From Callorhinchus milii (lineage: Eukaryota), in the NCBI RefSeq assembly GCF_018977255.1, contig NW_024704745.1, positions 15,252,001 to 15,316,000 of the forward strand: a stretch of 64,000 bases of DNA. The letters are read 5' to 3'. The notes under the pieces are model-generated. The model was not told where the DNA came from. It worked only from the letters and a program-made list of their open reading frames with translations, and did no database searches. The position numbers and the translations under genes were made by a program. Below are positions 1 through 13,879 of this stretch, piece after piece. The number at the start of each line of letters is the position of its first letter. The stretch's first letter is position 1.

Positions 1-617
1 CTAAACTTAGCAAACTAGATATAAAAATCCAATGGTTAATATCAGTATTTATACTCTTAGTACTTTGGGACATCTTCCCAATGTGAAAGACGCTATAAAA
101 ATATAAATTTGTTGTTGTTCTATAAGCAAGATTTTTAAATTTCCACTTAAAATGTTCAAGTAATCAGTCAGAGAAGTGTGCAATACCTTTCAGAAAGTTT
201 TGAACTGAACAAACGTAAAGCACAATGGCTATTTGGATTTTTCCATAAAGTGCAATTTGAATTTACTTATGTAAAAAGTTTAATACAAATCGTTTTTAAT
301 ACAATTTCTTGTTTTACTTGTCTGAAAATGAAAAAATAGTCAAACAAAAACAATAGGAAAAAGGAAGAAATGAAATATTGCAGTCTATAACAGCAGTCTT
401 CAACCTGTATCACAATAAAGACTGGTAGTGTACCAAGGAAGGTGGGTTCTCCTGAACAGGATTCATAGGTTGCTGAATGGAAGGTTAATGTTACATATGG
501 AATACTAAACTCAAAGGAGGAAGACAAACACAATCTCATCAATTCAATGCTTCAGCTTGTAACAGAATGGTATAGATAACAGCAAAATAACTGTCCCCTG
601 CAAAGCATTAAACTCAC

Positions 618-694
618 CTGTTCAGTGGCCTTTAGAAAATACGGCAATACAAGAAACAATGGGTCCAGGGGAGTAACAAACAGCAGACGTCCAT
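618..694 (-). CDS. RNASEH2B: RNase H2 subunit B, exon 4 (77 nt); gene continues left of the window
   Basis: (D)GRLLFVTPLDPLFLVLPYFLKATEQ matches the TPxDPLFL motif; ag/gtgagt boundaries. Confidence 0.93.
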
Positions 695-744
695 CTGGAA
701 AGATTGGAATGATAATTGTTACGTGTTTCTTCCCTACCAATTGT

Positions 745-1078
745 ATCCCTCTGCTCAGTGGGCACCTGAGCTGCTTCACATCACCCACCTCGCCCACCAC
801 ACCATTGCTGGGCAGGCCTTCAGCCACTCTGCCTCCATCCTCTGGAACTCCATCCTGCAGAGCTCCGCTCTCCCCCTCCGTTGACTCCTTCAAGACCTGT
901 CTCAAGACCCTCCTCTTCGACTGTGCCTTCAGTCACCCTCCTTCCCCCCCCTGCCCTCCACCCTCCCCGATCCAGAACCCCAGCTCAGGTCCTAAACACT
1001 GATTGTCCAGCGCCTTGGGATATCCTCCCAACGTGAAAGGCGCTATAAACATGTAACTTTGTTGTTGTTGTTGTTATT
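745..1078 (+). mobile_element. L2-type LINE 3' end fragment
   Basis: Degenerate ORF2 C-terminus (SFKTCLKTLLFDCAFS), tail gtgaaaggcgctataaa followed by (ttg)n. Confidence 0.7.
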
Positions 1079-1686
1079 GCCATGCACTCCCATCCCATCT
1101 GGCCATTCAGGTGGATGTTAAAGATCACTATCTTTTCACTATTTGAAAAGAGAAGGGAGTTCCTCCTGCTGTCTTGTCCAACAATCCCTACACAAAATCA
1201 AGGTCATTCACCTCAAGGCTATCTATGAGGCACTGTTGTACAAATTAGCTGCTGCATTCACTTACACATGCACAGTTACTATATTTTACAGCAAATCCTG
1301 TGAAGCACTTTGACACATTCCTCCAAAGCACAAACAAAAGCAGGAAGAGAGGAAACAAGGTAAAGAGTCTGGAAGAGAGTGGCAGGGACATTGTGGCTAA
1401 AAGTTCAATTACCAATTGTGGGACAGTGGAAATGAGGAATGAACAGTGGACTAGAATCAGAAGAGCAGAAACCATAGGTTTGGATAACATAGGGCAACAG
1501 CAACAACTACAACTTGCACTTATATAGCGCCCTCCACACAGGCTAGCATCTCAAGAGCATCTCAGAGGGCAGGAAAATAAAGTTGGATAAGATTAAATAA
1601 GTGGGTGGGGGGGGGGATTTGAAGTTCAGGACAATGATCCTGAAGTTGATCCACTGGGGACTGGGAGCCAGTGGATCCTGGTGATG

Positions 1687-2004
1687 ATAATAATAATAAT
1701 AATCCTTGCATTTGATATAGCGCTTTTCATGTCGGGAGGACGTCCCAAAGCGCTTCACAGAACACACTATAAAGTGAATTGACTGTATATTTGTGGACGA
1801 ACGCGGCAGCCAATTGCGCACAGCAATGTCCCACAAACAGTCGTAGATTGAAAATGACCAATTTTTATTATTGCTTTGTTTTGGAGGGATTATGATTAGG
1901 CGTGTAGAGTAAGGAAACTTGCCCAAGGTTTCGCCCTGCCTGGAATTGAACTCAGGTCTCTCGCTTGCAAAGCGAGTGCTCTAACCACTGAGCTACAGGA
2001 CTCC
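1687..2004 (-). mobile_element. tRNA-derived Deu-domain SINE, full length
   Basis: Head with A box tagctcagtgg and B box gttcaattcc; central tgtgggacattgctgtgcgcaattggctgccgcgtt; tail aaagcgctatatcaaatgcaagg(att)n. Confidence 0.85.
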
Positions 2005-2261
2005 ACGATGGTGGTGGTAATGAGAGAATACAGACTGCAGAAGTTTGGAGAAAATAGAGCTTGTAATGGTGGAGCTAGGGAGGCTGCGGAGGAAATCCAG
2101 AGGACTGCATCACTGAGTTGAAAAAAGGCAGAAATAAAGATTTCAGAAGGAGAGAGGATAAAACAGGAATTTAATCAGGCAAAACTTCAGAATTAAAAAA
2201 ACTTATATATAAACCTTACATATACCATTCAACCAAAATTACAGGAAAAGCTAATACTGAC

Positions 2262-2369
2262 CACTCTGGACAGATTGCCCAATGAACCAAGAGTGATAGT
2301 TTTCATCAAAGGCCTTCACTTCATATATCTGAGAGGCGTTACTGTTGAACAGGTACAAGGAAGCTTCAT
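2262..2369 (-). CDS. RNASEH2B: RNase H2 subunit B, exon 3 (108 nt)
   Basis: (D)EASLYLFNSNASQIYEVKAFDENYHSWFIGQSVQS matches human IYLFN..QLFEVKVF....HSWFINQSVQS; ag/gt boundaries. Confidence 0.93.
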
Positions 2370-3928
2370 CTAAAACAAGAGATAAAAACAAAGCATTCTG
2401 CATATTGGATTTTATGTGCTCATATACCACAGTACCAAATTGTTCATCACCAGACAGACCAGATATTTACTAACTATACCAAGATACTGAATTTGTCAAT
2501 ACATGTATCAAAATTCACAGTGTTGTTAGCACAATATTTTACAGTCAAAGTCAAAATTGCAAAGAAGTATTTTTGACATTTAAATAGTTCCGTTTTTTTC
2601 CACTTCTAGCTTTTCTCCAGAGTTAAGCAAATTGTATTAATAACTTGTGTTAACAACAGAGAGAAAAAACATAAGCTACATTAGGACTGGACTATGCCTT
2701 ATCAAGGCCCATCAGTAATTACTTTAAAGAAAGCAACTCCCTGAAAGAGGTTTTATATCAAGCTAAGGACTGAATGCAGTATTATACAAAGACAAATTGA
2801 AGACTGCACGTTTTAAGTGCTTTAAATGGTAAAGTCCAACCATTTGAAACATTGTAATCAAGCATTTCGGGAACCAGCCCTCACGTTTGTCATCAAAGAC
2901 TCATCATCCTCATCAACCTTGCTTCATTTCATCTCTTTAACCAATGCAAGACGCTTCATAAAACTCTACATGTTTCTTATGCACCATTACTTTCTCTGTT
3001 CTTCCAAAAATTATTTGAGATTCAGTTGAGTAACGCTCATCGCTTCTGCCATGCACTGCACTGTGACCACTTTTACACCATGGCTTTGGAGGCTTGAAGT
3101 GCAGCACATATCAGATGCCAATGCTGTCTTCTGAATAAAGACTTGTAGTGCCAGAGGAGGTGTCATGTTTACATGGAAACATAGGTTGGTGACTGCATCA
3201 GGTGTTGAAACGTGTAAAAATATCACAACAATTTTATTTTGAGTGGAGACCAGTTCCACTACCATAATTTTGGTAGCACCAATTGTGAAAATGAACTGCA
3301 CGTGTTTTCTTTGCACATCGGGAGAACGTCTGGGGCCATTATGTCCCACATGCAATATACCATACATTTTGATTAGCAAATAGTGTTGCATCTTTTTTAT
3401 TTCATCAATTTTCATAAATTTTCATCAAGGAGACAGAGGTTGTAGAAGACAGCATCTGACTCACTCTAAATTGTGTCTGTGATAACTCAGCACTGTGAAA
3501 TTCTGCAGTGTTTCATTACAGGCTGCCGGCAGAGGCAGGCTTAATTCTGCAAACAAATGTATAATTTAGAAGCAGAATCAAAGTCGCGCATAGAGAAGAG
3601 CATCTCTCCAGAGTTGTCACAAGAACAAAACGCCACCAAGATCAGAACAGACTCAGGGTATGTACCACAGGCAACGAACGTTGCATTATTACACTCAAAA
3701 CTTATATCAGCGCGTTTTAAACTTGGAAACCTGGCACAATGATGGCATCATGCTGGCAGCAATGCACAACAAATTTGATTAAAGACATGGGATAGAGCTC
3801 AATCATTTATATTGATGACAATTTCGAATTACAAGTCAGTCATACAAATCAATCAATCAACTAGTCATGCAAGCTCCTTGATATACATCAAACACAAATT
3901 GCACTCACACTGCAAATGCTCTACTTGC

Positions 3929-4000
3929 CTGTTTTGGGATTGCGAAGTCTGGTAAAAACAGGGCCACAATTTGTGTTCTCTAGTGCATCAGTGATTGACT
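3929..4000 (-). CDS. RNASEH2B: RNase H2 subunit B, exon 2 (72 nt, GC donor)
   Basis: tttttcag acceptor; (E)SITDALENTNCGPVFTRLRNPKT resembles human FVKLVNPCS; donor CAG|gcaagt; frame joins exons 1 and 3. Confidence 0.85.
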
Positions 4001-4488
4001 CTGAAAAAGAAATCACAGTCAGACCATCAAGAAGATTTCACTTGTAGTTGTTCAAATGGGATATTAACATATTCACCATGGTGGCTCAGCAGTCATAAAG
4101 GCATGTAATTCTGCACCATAGAAGGATCTACTAAGCGCTTCAACATTATAGGCTGACCCTGTTGTAACACTGTATATTTGGGTCCATAAAATTAGACACT
4201 GTGTTATCAAAGGTCCAGGACCAATCTCTAGATCTAACAAGACCGGATGCAGTTCAGCTGTTCAGTTGGAGGTCAGTTACTGAAAGAAAAGATGCTGTCC
4301 GGAGGTGAACTACTGATTAACAGGTTCCAAGGTTTTTGGAAAGACTGTTCCAAAGGAACGTAAAGTCCCACAAACCTAAAATGAGGTACTATCTCCACAT
4401 TCCAGACTCAGGTTGCTAAATATAAAAGGGTATTAATTGTAGGCAGGAGGAGGGCGATAAAGACTCAGTAAAATGAATATATTACGCA

Positions 4489-4799
4489 GGAGTCCTGTAG
4501 CTCAGTGGTTAGAGCATTCGCTTCGCAAGTGAGAGACCTGGATTTGATTCCCGGCAAGACAAAACCTCGAGCAAGTTTCCTTACTTCACAAGCCTGATAA
4601 TAACCCCTCAAGACAGAAAAACAACAATAAAATTGGTGACTTCAATCCACAACTGTTTGTGGGATACTGTTCTGCGCAATTGACTGCCCGTTTCACCCAC
4701 AAATATACAGTCAATTCACTTTACAGTATATTCTGTGAAGCGTTTGAGACGTCTAGAAGTCATGAAAAGCGCTATATCAAATGCAAGGATTATTATTAT
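4489..4799 (+). mobile_element. tRNA-derived Deu-domain SINE
   Basis: Same family: ggagtcctgtagctcagtggttagagc head, (att)n tail. Confidence 0.85.
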
Positions 4800-4830
4800 A
4801 TACACACACCACAGCAATACTGGTACTCGT

Positions 4831-5152
4831 GGAGTCCTGTAGCTCAGTGGTTAGAGCACTCGCTTTGCAAGCGAGAGACCTGAGTTCAATTCCAGACAGG
4901 GCGAAACCTTGGGCAAGTTTCCTTACTCCACATAGAGCCTAATAATAATCCCTCCAAAATAAAAAACAATAATAAATTGGTCATTTTCAATCAACGACTG
5001 CTTGTGGGACATCGCTGTGCGCAATTGGCTGCCGCGTTCGCCCACAAATATACAGTCAATTCACTTTACAGTGTGTTCTGTGAACCACTTTGGGACGTCC
5101 TCCTGTTGTGAAAAGCGCTATATCAAATGCAAGGATTATTATTATTATTATT
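4831..5152 (+). mobile_element. tRNA-derived Deu-domain SINE
   Basis: Same family, in tandem with the previous copy; intact A/B boxes. Confidence 0.88.
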
Positions 5153-5759
5153 ACTCAGAAGGCATTGCTAAGGAATTCAAAAAGAAATAACATCTGCATA
5201 TCACATTCCGAACACATGCATTCTTACGCTTAGGGAAATGAAGTAAAAACATGTTGGTTTTCTGAATTCATAGCTAGTCATTTCGCAAATGTTATAAATC
5301 CAATTGCGGCCAATGTTTAGACACCTCAAGTCACAATTAATACAACAAATCCAGTTTGCAAATATCGCTAATTCGTCTCCGAGCGTGTAAAAACGCACCG
5401 ACGATCAATGGCAGACTGAATTCAGCAGTGATAACAGCCCAAGGAATAAAACATGAGTGAACCATGAAAATGAATGGAACACAAGGTGTGTAAAAAAAAT
5501 ATTTCGAAAACAAAATCCTTGAGAGTGTATATCTTTAAAATAACGTTAAGGTTGACATATGAGGGGTGGGTGGATCGGGGGGGGGGGGGGGGGGGGTTGC
5601 TTTCGTGATCTAATCGTGATGCAAAATGCATTCGCCTTATTGCAATAAGCATAAAGACCACTTTTTATGGCCATCAACACGTCGACAAAGTGCTTCACGG
5701 TTTGTGCCAAGCGCTAAACGGGACCGTATGTGAGTGCAAGGGTTGTTATTATGATTCAT

Positions 5760-6089
5760 ATTATAATAATAACAATAATCCTTGCATTTGATATAGCGCT
5801 TTGCATGTCGGGAGGACGTCCCAAAGCGCTTCACAGAACACACTGTAAAGTGAAGTGACTGTATATTTGTGGAGCCAACGCGGCAGCCAATTGCCCACAG
5901 TAATGTCCCACAAACAGCGGTGGATTGAAAATGACCGATTTATTATTGTTTTGGGGGTTTTGGAGGGATTATTATTAGGGCTGTGTGCGGAGTAAGGAAA
6001 CTCGCCCAAGGTTTCGCCCTCTGCCTGGAATTGAACGCGGGTCTCTCGCTTGCAAAGCGAGTGCTCTAACCACTGAGCTACAGGACTCC
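5760..6089 (-). mobile_element. tRNA-derived Deu-domain SINE
   Basis: Same family, reverse orientation. Confidence 0.85.
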
Positions 6090-6405
6090 ACGGTATCTCG
6101 CAGGCAGACAGCCCGACTGAACCGCAACCCGGGGGGGGGGGGGTGGTGGGGGGGAAACAGGGCCTAACAGGGCCAATGTGGTGAATGGGGCCAATGCTAT
6201 GGACCAGGGCCGGGAGTTGGGGGAGTGGAGGGGATAAAGTCTCCTTCTCTTTCTTCTCCTTCTCGTCCTTTTTTTTTGTTGTTGTTGTTGTGTGTGTGTG
6301 TGGAAAGGTTCCCATCAAAATCCGTGACCTCTCAACGCAGGAACCACGAGGCTTGAGAGCCCCACCACGACCCGCAGCCTGGAGCCTGGGGGGGGGGGGG
6401 GGGGT

Positions 6406-6715
6406 CCGGGCCTGGGCCTGGGCCTGGGCTGGGCCGGGCTGGGTCTGGGCCTGGTCCCGGGCCTGGGTCTGGGTCTGGGTCTGGGCCGGGCCTGGGTCTG
6501 GGCCTGGGCCTGGGCCGGGGTCTGGGTCTGGGTCTGGTCTGGGCTGGGCCTGGGTCTGGGCCTGGGCCTGGGTCTGGGTCTGGGCCTGGGCCTGGGTCTG
6601 GGTCTGGGCCTGGCTCTGGGCCGGGCCTGGGCCTGGGTCTGGGTCTGGGCCTGGGTCTGGGCCGGGCCTGGCCTGGGTCTGGGTCTGGGTCTGGGCCTGG
6701 GCCGGGCCTGGGCTG
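6406..6715. repeat. (CTGGGY)n hexamer repeat in RNASEH2B intron 1
   Basis: About 50 units of cctggg/tctggg seen directly. Confidence 0.9.
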
Positions 6716-6773
6716 ACCAGGTCACTGACCTCCGGGGCAGATCCCGACACCTCTCCCCCTATCACACCGTTAC

Positions 6774-6852
6774 CTTCTGCCAACAGCACCCACTGAGCCT
6801 CCTCCCGCTGCCGCTCCCGCTGCCCCCCGGCCCCGGCCCCGGCCCCGGGCAT
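6774..6852 (-). CDS. RNASEH2B: RNase H2 subunit B, coding exon 1
   Basis: ATG at 6852; MPGAGAGAGGQRERQREEAQWVLLAE resembles human ...RQHVFLVSE; phase-1 donor AG|gtaacg; GC-rich context. Confidence 0.8.
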
Positions 6853-7019
6853 CTCCCGCCTCTCTCTCCCCCACACCCCACACCTCTCCCCCACACCCCG
6901 ACAATCCCAGAGGATTGAGCTATTCCCACACTCCGCTTTCCCTCCTCCCGCAAACAGGCGCCAAACTCATCCGGGAAGCGAGCAGTCAAGAGGCCCGGAG
7001 TGGGGGGGGAGGAGAGGGG

Positions 7020-7735
7020 GAGGTACCTCCCTCACACCGCCCCCCCCCACACACACACCTCCTGCCCCCCCACACACACACACCTCCTGCCCCCCCTCCC
7101 CTCAAACACCGCCCCCCCCCACACACACACACCTCCGCCCCCCCTCCCTCAAACACCGCCCCCCCCCACACACACACACCCTCCTGCCCCCCCTCCCCTC
7201 AAACACCGCCCCCCCCCACACACACACACCTCCTGCCCCCCACACACCGCCCCCCCCACACACACACCTCCTGCCCCCCCCCCTCCCCTCAAACACCGCC
7301 CCCCCCCCACACACACACCTCCTGCCCCCCCCCTCCCTCAAACACCCACACACACCCCTGCCCCCCCCCCACACACACACCTCCTGCCCCCCCTCCCCTC
7401 AAACACCGCCCCCCCCACACACACACACCTCCTGCCCCCCCCACACCGCCCGCCCCCCCCACACACACACACACCTCCTGCCCCCCCCACACACCGCCCG
7501 ACCCCCCCACACACACACACCTCCTGCCCCCCCCACACACCGTGCCCCCCCACACACACACCGCCTGCCCCCCACACACACCGCCCCCCCACACACACGC
7601 CTCCTGCCCCCCCCCACACCCGCCCCCCCCACACACACACACACCTCCTGCCCCCCCCCCCACACACACCTCCTGCCCCCCCCCACACACACACCTCCTG
7701 CGCCCCCCCCACACACACACACACCTCCTGCCCCG
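7020..7735. repeat. C/A-rich compound minisatellite upstream of RNASEH2B
   Basis: Repeated cctcctgccccccc(ca)n and ctcaaacaccgccc units with extreme C skew. Confidence 0.9.
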
Positions 7736-7787
7736 GCTCTGGGCATCACTTGGTGCTGTGTTGTCTGCTTAAAGAAACACTGTATAT

Positions 7788-8770
7788 CAGACCCTAAACC
7801 ACTGTGCCATCAGACCCTAAATCACTGTGCCATCAGACCCTAAACCACTGTGCCATCAGACCCTAAACCACTGTGCCATCAGACCCTAAACCACTGTGCC
7901 ATCAGACCCTAAACCACTGTGCCATCAGACCCTAAACCACTGTGCCATCAGACCCTAAACCACTGTGCCATCAGACCCTAAACCACTGTGCCATCAGACC
8001 CTAAATCACTGTGCCATCAGACCCTAAACCACTGTGCCATCAGACCCTAAACCACTGTGCCATCAGACCCTAAACCACTGTGCCATCAGACCCTAAACCA
8101 CTGTGCCATCAGACCCTAAATCACTGTGCCATCAGACCCTAAACCACTGTGCCATCAGACCCTAAACCACTGTGCCATCAGACCCTAAACCACTGTGCCA
8201 TCAGACCCTAAACCACTGTGCCATCAGACCCTAAACCACTGTGCCATCAGACCCTAAACCACTGTGCCATCAGACCCTAAACCACTGTGCCATCAGACCC
8301 TAAACCACTGTGCCATCAGACCCTAAACCACTGTGCCATCAGACCCTAAACCACTGTGCCATCAGACCCTAAATCACTGTGCCATCAGACCCTAAACCAC
8401 TGTGCCATCAGACCCTAAACCACTGTGCCATCAGACCCTGAAACATTGTACTGTCAGACCCCAAATCACTGTACTGTCAGAACCCAGAACACTGTCGTCT
8501 CAGACCCTAAAACACTGTACTGTCAGACCCCAAAACACTGTACTATCAGACCCTAAAATATGGTGCGATCAGACCCTGAAACACTTTACTGTCAGACCCT
8601 AAAACACTGAACTGTCAGATCCTAAAACACTATCAGGCCCTGAAACACTTTAATGTCAGAGCTTGAAACACTGTATCGTCACAACCTGAACATTGTATTG
8701 TTAAATGCTGAAACTTTGTATTGGGAAACCCTTAAACATTGTATTGTCAGAGACCCTGAAACATTGTGGC
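7788..8770. repeat. 23-bp satellite CAGACCCTAAACCACTGTGCCAT
   Basis: About 28 near-perfect units to about 8437, then progressively degenerate units. Confidence 0.95.
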
Positions 8771-9239
8771 ACAAACAAATGTAACAAGTGATTTCACAGA
8801 AAGGGAATTTCACATCAGTGCGACACCGCGTAATTTAATACAATTAATTGGTGGATCTATTTACAGCTATTTACTTTTTAAAAATACTGTATTTTTAAAT
8901 GTAGCTTAACTGCTAGAACTAAGAAAATTTCTTGCGAGGATCGGACTTTGAGCTCACAATAGTGGAGGGCAGTGCTGGGGGAGCAATCTAACGTCGAATA
9001 AGACGTTTTAAATAAAGATCCCGTTTACACGTTTAGGTGGTTGTTGAAGAACCCATGACATGATTCAAAATGAGAAGGGAATTTCTCCCGGTGTCCAAAT
9101 CAACAATCGGATGGTTAGGTCAGTCATTCACCTCAAGGCTCTTTTTGGGGGGCATTGCTGCATGCAAATTGGTTACCACATTTGCCTACATTTGACAGCA
9201 ATTACCTGAAGCGCTTTATGAAGCTGACATTATACAATA

Positions 9240-9735
9240 CAAAATTACATTTGTATAGCGCCTTTCACATCTGAAGGACGTCCTAAGGTGCTGGACAGTC
9301 AGGGATTTAGACCCCTTGGAGGGGGGTGGAGGTTAGGATAAAGGAGGGTGGAGGACAGGGATGGTAGGAGGGTGGCTGAAGGCACAGTCGAAGCGGAGGG
9401 TCTTCAGACGTGCCTTGAAGGAAGCAATGGAGGGAGTGGAGCGAAGGGAATGTGTGATGGAGTTCCAGAGGGTGGGACAGAGAGGCTGAAGGCCCGATCG
9501 CTGATGGTGGGGCGTGCCGGGCGGGGGGCATGGAGCAGGCCAGAGCCTGCTGAGCGGAGGGAGCGGGCAGGTTGATAAGGAGTGAGCAGGTTGGAGAGGT
9601 AGGAGGGGGCAAAGCCGTGGAGGGCCTTGAAGGTGAGGATGAGGATTTTGAACTCTATCCTCTGAGGGATGGGGAGCCAGTGGAGCCGGGCGGGTGAGGA
9701 TGATGGGGTCATGGAGCCTGGTGCAGGAGAGGACA
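9240..9735 (-). mobile_element. L2-type LINE 3' fragment
   Basis: LHWLPIPQRIEFKILILTFKALHGFAPSYLSNLL, the ORF2 C-terminal signature, plus 3' tail. Confidence 0.85.
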
Positions 9736-10854
9736 CTGTAAATGTGTGAATCCGAGTGGTAAAGGGTCACTGGGCTGTTTGACCATGAGAGGAGATGGAA
9801 TATCACAGACAAGTCTCTTCCTGTCCACACACAAGCACCTTCCAGCCAGGACCATTGAATGTGATAAGAAGTGGGAACACTGGCTGTATTTTTCCTCCTA
9901 CTTATACAAACTAATTGTAACATCCCATCTGCTGCCAAGCTGAGACCAGGTAACCTGGCACAAATCTGGGTCTTCCAAGTCTCAGTTCAACGCCAGGCAG
10001 TGCCTTTGTCAACCAAGTGCTCAAAGAGAGCAGCTTGGGAATGGAGCAATCTATATGCAGGGTTTGATAAATTTATAAGATAGTATTGTTCTGATTAAAA
10101 ATGGGGGGCGTTATTTGAATAGAAAATGTTCTTTTTGTTTCTATTTAATCATGTATTGTAACTATTTCTTAAAATTAGATACTGAAATAATGGGCACAAT
10201 GTGTTTGAGCTCAGATTGCAATCCAAAGTGCCTGTTCCCAGCCTCCAAGACACAGTCGTGTATTAACTACCTCAGCTGTGGAGGTGCTCATCGATGATTG
10301 GAAAAATGTGAACAAATTTACTGGAACAAACCTGAATCCTTTCTGAAGTTCAAAATATGGAGGAGGTTAATTCTGTTCTGAACTGTAAAGGGAACATGAC
10401 TGTTGACTAAAGATGCTCCTACAAAATACACAGTCACTACACACTTCATAGTTGTGAAGCACTTTAAACATCCTCGCGAATAGAAACATACTATTCTTGG
10501 TGGAGACCCAGGCATCCTACATGGCTCAGCCAACTTAAGACCAAAAGATTCTGTGGTTGAATTCCTTGGAAGCTCAAGCTTTTAACCTTTTTAGAGCAAC
10601 AATATATCTTTAAAATTATCCTCTGTGGTGACAGATAAGCAAAGTCACCCGAGGGCAGTACTTTTACACTGTGATGACTGGCCTAACAGAAGCCAGGAAG
10701 GTGTGTGTTATCCTAAAACCACCTTGGAGGGTGTGAATGTGTGAACCAAAGCTGTGCAAGCTCATAGAACGGACGTAGATGTAAAGTAGCATGTTACTTG
10801 ATAGCCATCATTATGTATAGCTACGGTCTCTTGGCCATGCACATATTTATATAA

Positions 10855-11127
<273 letters not shown>

Positions 11128-11189
11128 TAGGAGAAGGTTTCAGAAAGTTGCATATTCTAAGCTTTTTCAAGCCTCAAAAACAAATGTCA

Positions 11190-11530
11190 TAGAGGGGACC
11201 TCTATAGAGGTATATAAGATGCTGAATGAGATTGAATGAGATTGAGAAAGTAAACCTACAAGAATATATTCAGATATACCAAGCCAGCAGAAAACAAGGT
11301 ACAGGTTCAGAGTTGTAAAGGACATTATTTAGGACACACAACAAGAAGTGTTTCTTTACACGTTGCTGCAACTGCAGTAGATTACCAGGAGGGATGGCAG
11401 AAGCTAGGTTGCTGGACACTTTTTTTAAAAAAACTATGCGGTAATGAGAGATGATAGCATGGATATTCTGGAAGGCTCAGATTGAATAGGCCGAAAGGTT
11501 TTATTTATCCAAACCTCTTTTGTGATCTTA
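11190..11530 (+). mobile_element. Old CR1-like LINE 3' remnant
   Basis: agaggggacctctatagaggtatataagatgctg (RGDLIEVYK-like) and a gccgaaagg..ttgtgatctt-type tail. Confidence 0.55.
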
Positions 11531-11741
11531 TGTCATCCAGTCTGCCCTAAACCCTATGGGCTTGCAAGAGGTCTTCCAAACTATTTGGCACTCAACCAGA
11601 CAGAGGCCAACATTATTCACTTCGACTAACATATGTGCCACACTTGTTTTTAAATGTATAACACTTATAATGAAATTAAAATTTTATTTGGTACTATTGT
11701 GTAGCCTCGAAGTGCTACATTTTAATTAGGAGCCTTAATAA

Positions 11742-11915
<174 letters not shown>

Positions 11916-11918
11916 TAA

Positions 11919-12197
<279 letters not shown>

Positions 12198-12576
12198 TAA
12201 CCAGACTCAGACATGTTCATTTATTAGCACATCTCTACTTTTATATGGTGTTTCCTGTTTTGGGAATGGGCTATCCTGCAAGTGAGAGAATTGGCAGCTA
12301 TTCTGCCCCCAGGACTCTGCTATTGTTTTTTAAGCACCTGCAGGAGACGAGACTGGGGTCGTGGCTCAACTCCAGGTATCTCCCTTTCCCATTTGGAAAA
12401 GGTCTGCTCGGTCACTCCTCACATGGCTGATATCATTGACTGAGGAGCGGTCAAATTGTGTCCCCCCTGAAGTAGGGTCAAGTAGATTGTTTTCTTTTCA
12501 ACCAATGATTCACCCACTGTGCATTCCATCATCTTCAGATTCGAGGGTAATGACTTAGATTTACTATTTATTCTAG

Positions 12577-12732
<156 letters not shown>

Positions 12733-13118
12733 TGATCCTTTTTACTTCCTGATTCACCCAATGGGTCAATGTGGGATGTAATAAAACAACAAATTGCATT
12801 TATAAAGCGCCTTTCATGTCGGGAGGATGTCCCAAGCCACTGCAGTCGAGGGTTTGCATCCAAGCTGGGGTTGGATTCGGGAGGGATGGGGGCCAGGAAG
12901 ATGACCGGTCAGAGGAAGGTTTTGAGGACCTTGAAGGAGGTAAGGGAGAGTTGAGGTGATAGGGCTCTCGTTGGAGTTCCACAAAGTGAGAGCAGATAGG
13001 CTGAAAGCCTAATTTAATACTGCAAATTAATAGGGACAGTAATCCCTGGTTAATCAGCTCAAAGCATACGGTAAAAGTTCCCTCCTCCAATAATCTTGAA
13101 ATACAATTAAACCTATAC

Positions 13119-13311
13119 CAAACTAGTTGCATAGTTTTCCAGGTAGATGGAGAGTGCAGCTTCCACAGCCCCACCTCCTGGAACTAAAGACTTGGACTCA
13201 AGCACTCTCTTCACAACACAGAGTGCATCATGTAGGGAGCGCTCCATCTCATCACACATGAAATCATTTGCTCCTCGCAGAATGATTGATGCAGAAGTAC
13301 GGGCCTTTGTA
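13119..13311 (-). pseudogene. TCP1: T-complex protein 1 alpha (CCT1) internal exon (exon 10 equivalent)
   Basis: TKARTSASIILRGANDFMCDEMERSLHDALCVVKRVLESKSLVPGGGAVEAALSIYLENYATSL, 193 nt, ag/gt; downstream exons absent. Confidence 0.92.
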
Positions 13312-13719
13312 CTGAAAAATACAAAATAAACTTTACAACAAGAGGACTTGTGAGGGTTGGGTGAAACTCATTTTAAAATGTCAGCATCAATTTATACCTC
13401 ACTTTTAGAAATCAGAATCTAGATCCCTTTTTCAATCACAAACTTTGTGTGCATTGCTCCTGAATGAACAATACCTATTGCTTATATACTGTTATGCAAA
13501 ACAATATTCATTGCCGACTTAAACCAGGAATAGATGTGACAGTACTACTTTCATCAGGAAACGGCTTAGATTATATTTATATGCACAACAAATTTAATCT
13601 GCATCTGTGCAGTCAATATAAAAAAAATTCAACACAATTACAATCCCAACATCTTTTTCAATTCTGCAACATTAACAGCAGCATTACAAGATACTACACT
13701 GTATACATTGGAGATAATT

Positions 13720-13852
13720 TTTTATGGTCAGCTAATGCATTACTGAGAAGACATCAGCAAGGTCTTCAGTCACACAAGGCTGAATATTCTCTATCCCAAG
13801 CGTACAACTGCTCATGCCACAGATATTAGCAGGGCAGCAAATAAATGGGAGT
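13720..13852 (-). ncRNA. SNORA20: H/ACA box snoRNA SNORA20 homologue in the TCP1 intron
   Basis: 5' hairpin ctcccatttatttgctgc...gagcagttgtacgcttgggat matches recalled SNORA20; H box AGAGAA; second hairpin cagc...gctg; SNORA20 is a known TCP1-hosted snoRNA; 3' box reads ATA/CCA rather than ACA. Confidence 0.8.
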
Positions 13853-13879
13853 TCAGTAAGGTGTACATGTTTTCCTTAC

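Noticed and set aside
4831-4905. tRNA-Ala(TGC)-like gene
   Set aside because: It is the head of a SINE: it continues into the Deu domain and L2-like tail, lacks a proper acceptor stem and occurs in many diverged copies
5761-7797. Long Pro/His/Gly-rich ORFs
   Set aside because: Translations of simple repeats; only 6774-6852 is supported as coding
7788-8440. CRISPR array or telomeric (CCCTAAA) repeat
   Set aside because: Units are contiguous with no spacers, the context is vertebrate, and the CCCTAAA is only part of a 23-mer
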